Shown piece by piece: positions 48,482 through 60,300 of a stretch of 64,000 nt of DNA. The DNA comes from Guillardia theta CCMP2712. Lineage: Eukaryota; Protista; Cryptophyta. A program made the translations under genes and the position numbers. The notes under the pieces were generated by a model, which worked only from the letters and a program-made list of their open reading frames with translations, made no database searches and had not been told where the DNA came from. Location: assembly GCF_000315625.1 (NCBI RefSeq), contig NW_005434621.1, positions 268,246 through 332,245 of the forward strand, read 5' to 3'. Position 1 is the stretch's first letter, and each line of letters begins with the position of its first letter.

Positions 48482-50034
48482 ATGGCGGCAGACGTGGCGG
48501 CCCTCTACTCGAGCACGGAGGTAAGACAGTGTAGCAAGAGGATGATCGCGGCGGTTCCATCTCCCTTCGCTCGTCGTTGGTCCTCCTGACCTGCTCCTGT
48601 TGCAGTTGAGCCCAGCGCAAAGGGATGCCAAGGTGAAGATCATGTACGCCAAGGACGCGGTCTGGGTGGACCCGCTGACTCAGGTCTCCTCCATCCCCCT
48701 TCCTCTCCAACAACAACTTCATGAGACCCTCATGGCGTCGCCATCAGGCGCACGGAGTGGACGCGATCATCGCCAACTACAAGTCGATTTCCCTTGTCTC
48801 AACCGCCTCAAACCTCGAGGTGTACGACGCCGTCATGTCCATGGAGGCAGGAGGGTCGTCCATCTTGCGGTACCTCTGTGACTTGCTCATCCTCTTATCC
48901 TCAAGTACCCCGAAGCTTCGACGGCCTGGCTACCTACAAAGTCAAGTGGATTCCTCTTACCGTGTCGATCCGGTATGACACCCTGCCCATTTCTTGCGCT
49001 CTTACATTCTCTGAATTGTCCGACGTCCAGGCAGTGGAGCGTGATAGAGCTGAATGACGAGCAGCAGATCAAGACTCACACAGATCACTGGAGCTTGGAG
49101 GTGATTCATTCTTGCGTCTACCCCTTGGCGAGCTTTCGGTTAGTTTATGACTCGCCAATTCTTTTCTCAGTCTCTTGCACGAAACGTTCCAATCGTTGGG
49201 AATCTTTATGCCAAAATTTTCCGTCCAAGCATCGGAATGGTGAATACCTTATCCTTCCTGACCTCTGACTCTCTCGTCTTCCCCCGTCCTCGCTTCGTCT
49301 TCCCGTCCACCTGTCCCGATAGTTACCTTACACTTATCCTCCTACCTCCAGCTGAGATTCCTCTTTCACCTGCTTCTCTCTTCTCATCCTCGATTCACAT
49401 CTGACGACGTGTGCAGCTGGTTTCCGCATGCTACAGGCTGGCGGGCAGCGGAGGAGACATGTACATCCCTCTAGCAACAAATACGTTCGCTTACGCCCTG
49501 CCACAGCAAGAAGATTCTGACTGAAGTCCCCAAGTTGCAAACACAGGATATGCCTGCTCCAGATGTGCAGGACAAAACACCGATGCCGAAGAAGCAGGAG
49601 GTCTTGACTGCACTTATGCTTGTGCACAGGAATCTGATTGCAGGAATGCAGGAGAGCGACGGTAGGAACGTGGACTCTGAGGAGGTAAAGATCTTGTTTC
49701 TGTTTATCACGTGCTGATCTCATCGCTCGGCAGCTGAAGGCTCCCGAGCCGGCGTTGGCGAGCATGGAGGTTGAGCAGAAGGTTTGTAAGGAAGCTGGAG
49801 GAGGAGACTATGACCGAAGCGCAGGAGGCAGCAGAGGACGAGGAAGCAAAAATTGCGAGACAAGATGGCGAGAGAGAGACAGAAACAGATGCAGGAGGTG
49901 GAGAGGAAGAAGCTGCAGATCCTGAGGTAGTCGGGGATGTCGCAGACAGTGGCGACAAGCTGATTCCAGCCGAGGGCGAGACCAAGGACCAAGCTGCAGC
50001 TGCGAAGAAGAAGAAGAACAAGAAGAAGAAGTAA
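48482..50034 (+). CDS. SnoaL/NTF2-like (DUF2358-like) protein with an acidic tail and Lys-rich C-terminus
   Basis: YAKDAVWVDPLTQ/AHGVDAIIANY...IELNDEQQIKTHTDHW is a SnoaL-like pattern. Later exons splice into an acidic tail ending AKKKKNKKKK; an alternative stop lies at 49524. Confidence 0.65.
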
Positions 50035-50099
50035 AGGGGAGGTGGGAGAGTCTGACGAGGGGAACTCAGTGAGGCCACGGCGACAAGTGACCTGCGGTA

Positions 50100-50880
50100 G
50101 TCCAACTACAAGTCAGTGACATGCGGAGTGAGTGACAGTGCTGGCGATGGATCGACTGGGGACAAACTTTGAAAGTTGACGGTCGGGCGAAGGTCGAGCG
50201 ACTGCACTGCCAAGGGCCTCTGGCACCATCACTGGCAGTGGCAGTACAGTCGGAGGTCTCTCGGGCAAGTCGCGCGAACTCCCTGGTCCCCGGGCCGCCG
50301 GCGGAGTCACCCGGAGTCACCACGTGAACACGGTCAGCCTTCAGTTCAGTGCGCCGCGGGCCTACGCCGCGCCCCGGGCCGGGCCGCAGTACTCAGACTC
50401 CCGGGGAGGGCCTCAGTGGCCGAGCTCACAGCAGCCGCTGCCTCAGTACGGTACCAGTATGCCGCGGCAGCGGCTAGCAGGCCGGGCCGGCGGACCGTCT
50501 GACCCCGGCGGGTCAGCGGCCCTCGCACTGCGCCGCGCAGTACCTGTACTCAGTAACACGAAGATAACTATACATAATATGTAATCAAGATATGATAATG
50601 ACACATCATTGCCATGTCCGCTCGGATCCCGGACACGGTGACGTGACCGACTCAGTTCATCGGTTAACCGTTACGGCCCCCGTCTGCCAGGCGGCACTCA
50701 GTGCCGCCGCGTCCGATCGGGTCGCCGGGCATCGGGCACGACTGACTCGCCGAGTCAGGCAGCACGCCCCGCCGCCGCCGGGATCCGACGGCGGCGAGTC
50801 ACTCGGCGGTGCTGAGCCTCGGCTGACTCCGCGACGGTGAGTCACCGTTCAACGGTTGGTCACGGTTCACAATCCGAGTG
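50100..50880. promoter_or_regulatory. GC/CpG-rich island with clustered TGACTC/GAGTCA/ACTCAG motifs
   Basis: Includes the palindromes TGACTCG-C-CGAGTCA (about 50743) and GGTGAGTCACC (about 50837). Function is inferred. Confidence 0.35.
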
Positions 50881-52501
50881 TCGGGCAATCATCAATTTCC
50901 AGTCAACAAATTTTTGGAGTAATCATTTTCCAATCAACGAAAGTTTGCAGTAATCATTTTGCAATCAACTTTTTGAAACTATAATCACATTTTCCAATCA
51001 AAACTCCCCGTTTCGTACCGTTACACGATCAGAAACGGTCGTAACCGTATACTTTTGCATCACTGAGCGGCCTGAAACTTTGTATTATTGTTGGAACTTG
51101 ACTGATGAAAGTTGTTTCAAGACTTTGCCCCGTAAAAGTTTGGAGGCGAAACTTTCAGCGGCCTCCAGACATATAAGGGTAGATGGGGGTGGGGGTGGGT
51201 TGCGGTCAGAGATTCCTTTTCGGTAGGGGTATTTTGAAAATCAATCATCCATAACAATTTCATTAATTCCTGATATTTAATTTCTAATATTTCAAGTAAT
51301 ACTGGGTAATTTCAATTTTATGTTCAAATGTGTATCACTTTCGAAATCACCACCCTTGTTTTGTGAAGCATGTTCCAAACGTCATGAAACCCCCTCATGA
51401 CCCAGTGATTCTACCCGTAGTCAGTGTACCCCACCCACCTTTTTGACTACCCACCCTTGTCGACCTTTCCTCACCCCCCCCTGTCCTCGGAAGAGCTTGA
51501 GAGGCCGTAAAGGGAATTATAGGGGTGGGGGACGATACAAGAAATTGATTTACAGGGTGGGGTACTAGGAATTTGAGGAATGGGTGGGTACTTTGAGTAT
51601 GAATTTCATGGGTACTGATTTTGAATTGGGGGTGGGGTGGGCCATAATGAATCCTCCTTTGTAGTCGGGGTTCCCTTCATTCAATTCAGAGGCCGAGGGG
51701 TATCATGCTTCAAGGGGCTCGTATGTACGGGTGGGGTCAGATGATATACCGGTACATTTCAGTTCAAAATGTCTCGAAATATGCGTGGGGGTTATCAATA
51801 TTGGGGGTGAAGGTACTCTTGTAACTTGGCGGATGAGGTAGGGGTGGGTCTTTGAGATCTAAAGGTCTTTGTGAACCGGTGAAAAGGACCTCGGGACCGT
51901 GAGACAGGGGTGGATTCATGTAAAGTGACATTCATGCAGGGTGGGGTGTAAACAAAAATTCAATATTCCAAATATCGAATTGTAATTTGAAATTATGAAC
52001 AATTTTATTTGAAAATTGTGAACATTTTCTTAAGTAAGAGGTGGGGGTACCGGTGAAGGGGGTGTATTGCGCAACACCAGGGGTTCTGGCGATTAAAAAG
52101 TGGGTGGGGTGGGGTCGAGGGTAGGGTTGCCGAGAATGCAGGGAAAGGGGGCGAAAGGAGCGAAATGGAGCAGATCAGCAGGGTAGAGAATTGTGAATGA
52201 CAGATTGAATAGAGCACAGAAGTGGAGAACGAATGAGGAGGCAGGAGAGGAGAGGATGAAAAGATGGATCTGAAGGGAGGGAAAGACATAAAGTTGCTTC
52301 TCGGGCAGGATTGATGCAAGTAGAGCGGGTCTTGCGGGAGGGACTTGAATCAGAGATACGAGGATGGCAACAAGAGGAGATTAATGATATCAAAACTGTT
52401 CATAGATTAGGACAGATCAAGTTAGAATCTCTTGACTGTACGCTTTCCTGTGATCGACTGTGGTGTGTAATAGCCTGATCTTTTCATCCAGGGATTGTAG
52501 G

Positions 52502-54962
52502 ATGTTTGTCCTGCGGTTTCTTGTTGCAAGTGCTTGCGTAGCAAGCTCGGTGGCCTTTGCTCCATCCGCTCCTTTTGCGGGTCTTAGGAGCTCAGCACTT
52601 CGCTCCACATGCGGCCGGGGACGTGCCGGAAGATGCGTTGCCGGTGAAGGACCATTGCGAGCTTCATCGTTCCTCTGACGCTGGAGCAGGGCCCAAGATG
52701 GTAGCGGTGGACACTGACAAGATCGACACCGGCGAAGGACAGGTCATGCGCCCTCGCTTCCTCAACTCTTGGGAGGAGAGCAAGGAGGCGCTTGTTGGAA
52801 GGTTTGGGTTCTCTCCCAACGAAGTTGATCAGTACGCCGAGATCAGCAAGGAGGACCTGGTGCACGCGTATGGGATGATGCTGCTTTCCCGCCAGTTCGA
52901 GACGGCATGCAACCAAGAGTACATGAAGGGGAACATCAGAGGTTTCATGCATCTTGACAACGGGCAGGAGTCTATCCCCGCCCTTGTTGCCGACTCCATC
53001 AAGAAGGGCGACAAGAAGTACAGCTACTACCGTGAGCACGCGCACGCTCTTGCCTCAGGAGTCGACGCCGGCGCCGTCATGGCGGAGCTCTTTGGAAAGA
53101 TCGGAGGGACCTGCAAGGGAGCAGGAGGTTCCATGCACATCTACGACAAGGCCACCAACTTCCAGGGAGGCTGGGCGCTGGTTTCCGAGCAGCTCCCCTA
53201 TGCTGCTGGAGCCGCCAGGTCCATCCTGCTGGACAGGATGCTGCACCCCGAGCAGCACAAGGACGATGACCGCATCTCCGTTGTTTTCATCGGTGAGGGA
53301 GGAGCTCAGAACGGACGCATGGCAGAATGCCTCAACGCCGCCGCCAAGGAGAACCTACCCCTCCTCTTCATCGTCATCGACAACGGCAGAGCCATCAACA
53401 CGTTCACAGGAGATGTGGCCAAGAACCAGGACGTTTTCCTCCAGGGACAGCACTACGGTGTTCCCGGGGTCAAGGTCGACGGGCAGGACATGGTGGGCGT
53501 TCTCCAGGCCGGGCGTGCGGTAGTGGACTATGTGAGGAAGAGCGGCCCTGCTATCCTTCAGGTCCACACCTTCAGGTTCAACGGACACTCTCCTGCTGAC
53601 CCCGAGCACGAGAGAGGCCGCAAGGACGAGAAGAAGTGGGCGAGGAACGCTGCTGACCCCATCAAGATCTTCGAGGACAAGATGCTCGCGTCGGGCAAGT
53701 TCACCGAGGAGGAGCTGAAGGAGCTCAAGGCTAAGGCCTCTGCCGCTTGCAAGGACGCGGTCGACTTCGCCAACAAGTCTCCTGCTCCCCCTGCCACCCT
53801 CGCCAAGGAGCTCGAGTTTCCCGATCCCCCCTCCACCGACTACAACCAGCGCCCTGCCCCTGCTGGAGCTGATGAGATCAACAAGAGGATCCTTGACCCC
53901 GAGGCACTGAGCAACTGCCAGGCCCACATCTCCCAGCTGCGTGAGAAGGCCCAGGCTGGTCAGATCACCATCGGAGACGCGCTGAACCTTGCGATCCTCG
54001 AGGAGATGCTTCGGGACCCTTACACCACCATCAAGGCTGAGGACCTTCAGGCCGGCTCCTCCTACGACATCCCCAAGCTGACTCAGCAGACGTTCGGTAA
54101 GCTGAGGGCGTCCGACGAGATCATTGACGAGGGTCACTTCATCGGCAAGGCGCTGGGCGAGGGCATGAACGGCTACAGGCCCATCGTCGAGCTCATGAAC
54201 ACCAACTTCGGCATCTACGGCATGGCCGAAATCTCCTCCTGCGGCAACACTTACGCCACTACCGGCGGAGAGTTTGACATGCCCGTCACCATCATCGGAG
54301 CCGGAGGAACGGCCCCCGCCCAGTCCCTCGGAGCCGAGCACTCCCAGCCCTTCCACGCCTACATCATGGGGATCCCCGGGCTCAAGGTCTGCACTGCCGC
54401 CTCCCCCGAGGCCGCCTACGGCCTTGCAAAGAGCATGATCCGTGACAACGGCCCCGGCATGCTCTTCTGCCCCGTCAAGATGATGAAGGACGTGAAGGGT
54501 AGCCCTGAGCTCGACAAGTGCCTCCCCCTTAACAAGGCCGCTCTCCTCCATGCTGCCTCCGACGCCGCGGTCAAGGAGGGCACCGCGGTGACCGTTCTGA
54601 CCTACCTCCATGGCGTGAAGGAGGCGCAGAAGGCCCTGCCGCTGATCCAGGAGGAGGGGATGGATATCGACCTTATCGAGCTCCGATCGCTGAAGCCCCT
54701 GGACAGGGAGACAATCTTGGCGTCCCTCAAGAGGACCCACAAGCTCGCCATCCTCGATGAGTCCACTCAGTCCGGAGGAGTCGGCGCCACCATCTCCGCC
54801 ATCGTCTCTGAGGAGATGTTCAACGAGCTTGACGCCCCTGTCAAGCGCCTCTGCATGGACGACGCGCCCGTCCCCTACTCGCTCGCCATGGAGGCTGCGG
54901 TGGTGAAGAGAGACTCTGATCTCGTCAAGGGTGTAGCCGACCTCGTGCTGGGTCGGTACTGA
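52502..54962 (+). CDS. Plastid-targeted pyruvate dehydrogenase E1, alpha and beta subunits fused
   Basis: Presequence MFVLRFLVASACVASSVA-FAP, intron 52623-52689, then one exon. E1 alpha motifs: RGFMHLDNGQE, YREH, GGSMH, GEGG...N (ThDP motif), RFNGHSPADP. E1 beta motifs: RPIVELM, GAEHSQ, IDLIELRSLKPLD. Confidence 0.95.
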
Positions 54963-55099
54963 GCGGCAGCTGGAGGAGGAGGCGGTGAGTTGTGAAGCCT
55001 GCCGGGTCAGTTTTTGCGAGTTTGAGAAGAAGAGAAAGAAGAAGATTGTAACAAAGCTTTAAGATTGTTAAGATGCCTTCTTCTTGCTCCTCCTCTTCC

Positions 55100-57326
55100 A
55101 CATTCGCCTCCTCCTGCTTCGTTTCACTCTGTCCGTGCAGTCCAGGCGCCTCCTCCTGTTTCTTCATCTGCTCTCCGACAACAGATGCACGTCGACACAT
55201 GCGACCCTTTCATTATGTTCCCGCCGTCTGATGCGTCCTCATCCCCTCTCTCCATCTCAACCTATCTGTCCTTCAGCAGCATAGCTTGATGCCCTCCCTG
55301 CCGACTTCGTCAATTTGAACATTTTCCCTCCTCCTCCTCCTCACGTTGGGTTGTACAGCGAGGTGATGGTCTTGTCCCCCTGCAGCAACTCCACCTGAAG
55401 AACCTGACCTGCCTCCCCAGCTGCGCAGCCCATCAGCTGCGAAGTTTGCGGGATGTTCTCACGTTGCAGGGCGAAGAGGCAGCTCATGATCGAAGCGCCC
55501 AGAGGCTGCAGGAGGCATAAGTGAGCGAGTAGGAGGAAGAGGAAGAGGAGGAGGAGCGAAACGATGTAGGGAGGAGGAAGAGGAAAGAAGTTGATGGAGG
55601 AGGACTAGGAAAGAGGAGGGAACAGGACGATCATCGAAGAGGAGAGCGAGACAGAGGAGGTGAAGCAAGAGAGGCAAAAGGAGGTGAAGAAGAAGGAGGA
55701 AGGAAAGGAGACGATTGAGTATGTGATAGATCCCAGAAGCTCCTCCACTCACGTTTGCGGGTGACGATGAGAAATTTGAAGTTGTCGATCTTGTCGATAA
55801 GTTCAGAGCAGAGATGATGATATCGAACGATTGGAATTGGAGGAGGAGGAGGAGGAGGAGGAGGAATAAGGACGGGAGGAGGAGGAGGAGGAATAAGGAC
55901 GGGAGGAGGAGGAGGAGGAGGAGGAGGAGGAGGAGGAGGAGGAGGAGGAGGAGGAGGAGGAGGAGGAGGAANNNNNNNNNNNNNNNNNNNNNNNNNNNNN
56001 NNNNNNNNNNNNNNNNNNNNNNNNNNNNNNNNNNNNNNNNNNNNNNNNNNNNNNNNNNNNNNNNNNNNNNNGGAGCAAAAGAAGAAGAAGCAGAAGAAGA
56101 AGAAGAAGGAGGAGAATGAGGCGAACAAGGATAATATAAATGCCACCAACTCCTGCTCTTGCTGAGGCTGCCGATGATGATGATGATGAAGTTGTTGTTG
56201 TTGTTGTTGTGGAGAGGACGGCGGTGATGATGTAGTAGTGGTGGTGGTGGAGGAGGAGGAGGAGGAGGAGGAGGAAAGACGTGATTGGACCTGACGGTAC
56301 AAGTGTACTGCTGGTCAAGTAGAAAACCAGCGCCTGAGGGAATGAAAAGAATCACAACGACGACAGAACATGACTTGTGGGGTAGAAACCCTCTGTGAGA
56401 GATGGTTGTGTCTGTAAACAGAGACAAATATCATGTTCTCACCATACACGTAGATGTTCTTGTCGCAGAATGTGGCGACAGAAGAGCCTGAGAAACAAAC
56501 TGAGAATCTGACGGGAAGCAAAAACGATGAGGACATGTTGAGAGGCCCCAGTCGACCTGCCGAAGTTGATCAGAAGGAGAAGCGATGGAGGGGAGCGAGG
56601 GGAGGAGGATCAACAACGAGCATAGAGGAGGTGAAGAAGCAACCTCAGCATAAGCTTGTGCTATGTAGATCTGTGCAAAGAAAATTTCAACAATCCTTCT
56701 TTTCCTGCTCCCGCTCGTCCTCCTCGTCCTCCTCTTTCTCCTCCTTCTCTTCCTCCTCCTTCTGTTTCTTCTTCTCACAGCCTCTTCACCTGATGGTTTG
56801 CACACGAGCAACCGGGAAATCCGCAACAGCCTGAAAACAAGCTGTAGGGTAACGACCCTGACTGCAAGACAAATCTATCAAACTTCTTGATGCGTCCCCC
56901 GCCCCCCCCCTTTCCCTCTCATCCTCCTCCTCCTCCTTCTCCTCCTCCTCCTCCTCCTCCTCCTCCTCCTCCTTCTCCTCCTCTTCTACCACCACTACCA
57001 CCATCACCACCACTCCTTCCGCTCTGTTTTTCTTCTTCCCATCCCCTCCTCCACCACTATCTTGTTCTCTCCTCTCCGCCTCTTCTTCCTCTGCTCTTTT
57101 TGCTTACCCGACGGTCAATCTCGAGTTGTACAATCTGCAGGTAGTAAGCTCAAAGACAACAATAGGAGCTGAAACCTGAGATGACAGGTCGGCACTGAGA
57201 GGTGGAAATTCACAGACGATCTCCTGAGAGAAAGATGTCAACGATTGGAGTTGTTATGTCCGAGAGCGAACACACAATGAAGAGAATGGATGAAAACATC
57301 TTCATGACCATCATCAAACTCCTCGC

Positions 57327-57360
<34 letters not shown>

Positions 57361-60300
57361 GTCTCGTCGTCGTCGTCATCATCATCATCATCATCGTCAT
57401 CATTGTCGTCATATCATCGTCATCATCATGATTTTGGACTCTTCACGTCTCCTTCTCCTCCAAGATTGTCGCAGGTCATACCGAGCTCGTGATCTGCTCA
57501 ACGTCGTAACCTTCTATGATAACATCGAGGTCTGAGATGTTCTTTGCAATCAGTCGGCATCTGTACCTGGTTTCATCGTGAGAACACAATCTGTCTTGAC
57601 ACGTACATGTTCATCCTCTGAACTCATTGTTTGTCCTTCATCTCTCCCTCGTTCCTTCCCCACCACTGCTGTCCTTTCTTGTTGTCTGCTTTCCATCTAG
57701 AACGTGCGGCAACTTACATGGAGCCGGTTGAGAAGCCATATCCGTTGACAACAATCTGCATGTGGTTGTATCCGATAACTTGTGGTATTGATACGTTTCC
57801 CCTGCAGAAAGAAGCTTGAGCACGGTTGTGGGAGAGAAACGACGACGACGACGACGACGATGATAATGAGGGGGAGGGGGAGGAGGGGGAGGGGGAAGGG
57901 CAGCAGCAGAAGCAAGAAAATGTGATTGAAGGAAATGGAAAGTTATGTTCGACTAACATGATTGTTTCACCAGCACTGGTGATATTTACAATGTCTTCAA
58001 GGAACGTATAGCTCAAATCTGGAAAATCATCAGAAACAATAAACTTGAAGGAGAAAGATCAACAACACGCAGAGAAAACTTACATCTGCTATTATGACCA
58101 TGAGTGATCGGAGAGGATCTCGTTTCTTCCAGCGTTATTCGCGCGTCTGCAAAAAGCGTCATGTTGTGCATGTGTTGATAAAAATCCTCTCACTCATGAT
58201 AGGGAAAGACCATGATGGTGTGGAGCAGGATAAGAGTGAAGAGTTGTGGACAAGAGCGGCAACGATGATAGTTTGTGTTGTTGATTCCTCCTGCTATCAA
58301 CCGCATAAGAGCTCAAACAACACGAGGTGAACGAGGGACTGACTGTAAAGCGGCACATGAAGTTGTAGGTAGAACAGTTGTCTTGCTCGCAGAAGCCCGT
58401 CCCGTGTAGAAACAATCTGCATGAGGAGGAGGAAGATCGAGTAAGGACAGCAGAAAAAGGAGCAGAAACTCAGACGAAAGGAGGAAGAACAACTGAAGGT
58501 TTTCCTCCACGAACTTTACCTTTGTCCTCCCCTCGCCGATCCCTGGGTCTCCTGCGTCTCCTGCGGGAACCAAGTCCAGAGCTCGAAGGAGACCTGTCAT
58601 GTAGAGGTCAGCAAGCAACGCTCATCGCTGATGTCGCTAACAGGGATGTGATTGCGCAAGAACAAGTAATCTTGCACAACACTCAGGGCGGCCATCTGGG
58701 AGAAGGGCCATAGCGGCGACTGACAACTGGAGAAAGAGAGAAGAAGTTAGGAGGAGGACAGTGATGTGCGTGTTGTTGCTAACGTGAGGTGTGTATCGTT
58801 GACGACTTGAGCTGGTTCAAGTTTGACACCTGTCACTTGTGTGTCTTGGAGGTGTTCAGATCGTGCAGTTGAGTTGCTGCCGCTGGCAGACATGTCAGGA
58901 CATTCTGTTGAGGAGGGACAGCGCGGGAGGTGTTTGATGATCATATGTGTGTTGTATCATCGTTGATGTTGTGATGAGAGTTGAGATGATAAGCTTCAAA
59001 GGTTCTCACCGCAAAACTTGAAGGACGTTGATGGAAAAAGTGTCTGATTGCAGTCAGTGACAAGAGGAAATGTAGGATCATTCCCTCACAAGCGCTCGCC
59101 GTCAAGTTCCACTCATGGTCAAAGAATATTTCTGTTGGTGATGTCAGGAAAAAGAAACGAGATGTCGTACAGCGACAATGACAGGAAACACTATCAAACT
59201 CAATGCTGCCATTTAAGCTGAAACATCAACAAGAAAATCAAGAGGTGGAATGTGTACACGTGTAACATTTCCATTTCAAAACCATTGCACGAAACATCAA
59301 CAAGTAAAAATCAAGGGTAGAAGTTAGGTGTCAACAAGGGGAGAGTGAATTTCAAGAAAGTTCAGAGAGTGAATCATTCAACACATCCTTCAAACTACCA
59401 ATCATCATGGAAGAGTACAGCTGGTTGCTCTCAAGAGTTGCACATCTGTCAATCTTGAAAAATTTTCCTTTCAGAGAAACAAAAGTTTTGTCATCGATGT
59501 AGAGTTCAACCTTACGAGCCTCTTTTGTCGCTGAGCCAGTCGCAACTGAAAAGACAAGAGACAGAAAACAAATCAGAGGAAACATAACAAATGGAGCAAC
59601 GAGAACAGATTGTGCATTCACGCACTGATAGCAATCGCCGAGTTGTTGATGGAGCAGAGGAGTGAGAGAGAAGAAGAAGCATTTGTTATCAAACTCGTCG
59701 CTATACAAGATCGAAATATCAAAAATCTGTTGTTTCCTGCCATGAAGAGGGAGGAGAGACGGGGGGAGCAGGGCGAAAGAGGGATGATGATGATGATGAT
59801 GATAAGGAGGAGGAGGAGGAGGAGGAGGAGGAGGAGGAGGAGGAGGAAGAAAAGGAGAAAGAGAAGGAGGAGGAGGAGGAGGAGGAGGAGGAGGAGGAGG
59901 AGGAGGAGGAGAAAATGCCAAAGTTGAAAATAATCATCACCTGAGAAAGTATAAACTTTGATATCCGGTAGGGAAATTTCCGTCAAGATCGACAGAATCT
60001 CATCATCTACCCTCAGCTGAACAGAATCAAGTAAGAAATAGTACATGCATATCGAAATTCAGTTGTCAAAAAGAGTCTACCTGGAAGGGGTAAGGACGGT
60101 CGTTATGATACATCATACCGATGCCGTCGATGTTGATCCAATCTAGAGCACAAGTGCAGGAAAAGAACAAAATGGTCAAATTGTCTATCAGCAAGTACAA
60201 GTATCTTCGAGCTCACCAGCGCTGACAGAGACAGGGTACGTCAGGTTTGCAGCTGATGCTGATGACTGAAAACAACAACTTTGCGAAAATTTGCAGGTTG

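Noticed and set aside
50176-50845. Ala/Arg/Pro-rich ORFs in the GC island
   Set aside because: Open frames are expected from high GC; no codon or domain evidence.
53355-54740. 461-aa antisense ORF over PDH
   Set aside because: A shadow ORF caused by strong GC3 codon bias; no domain content.
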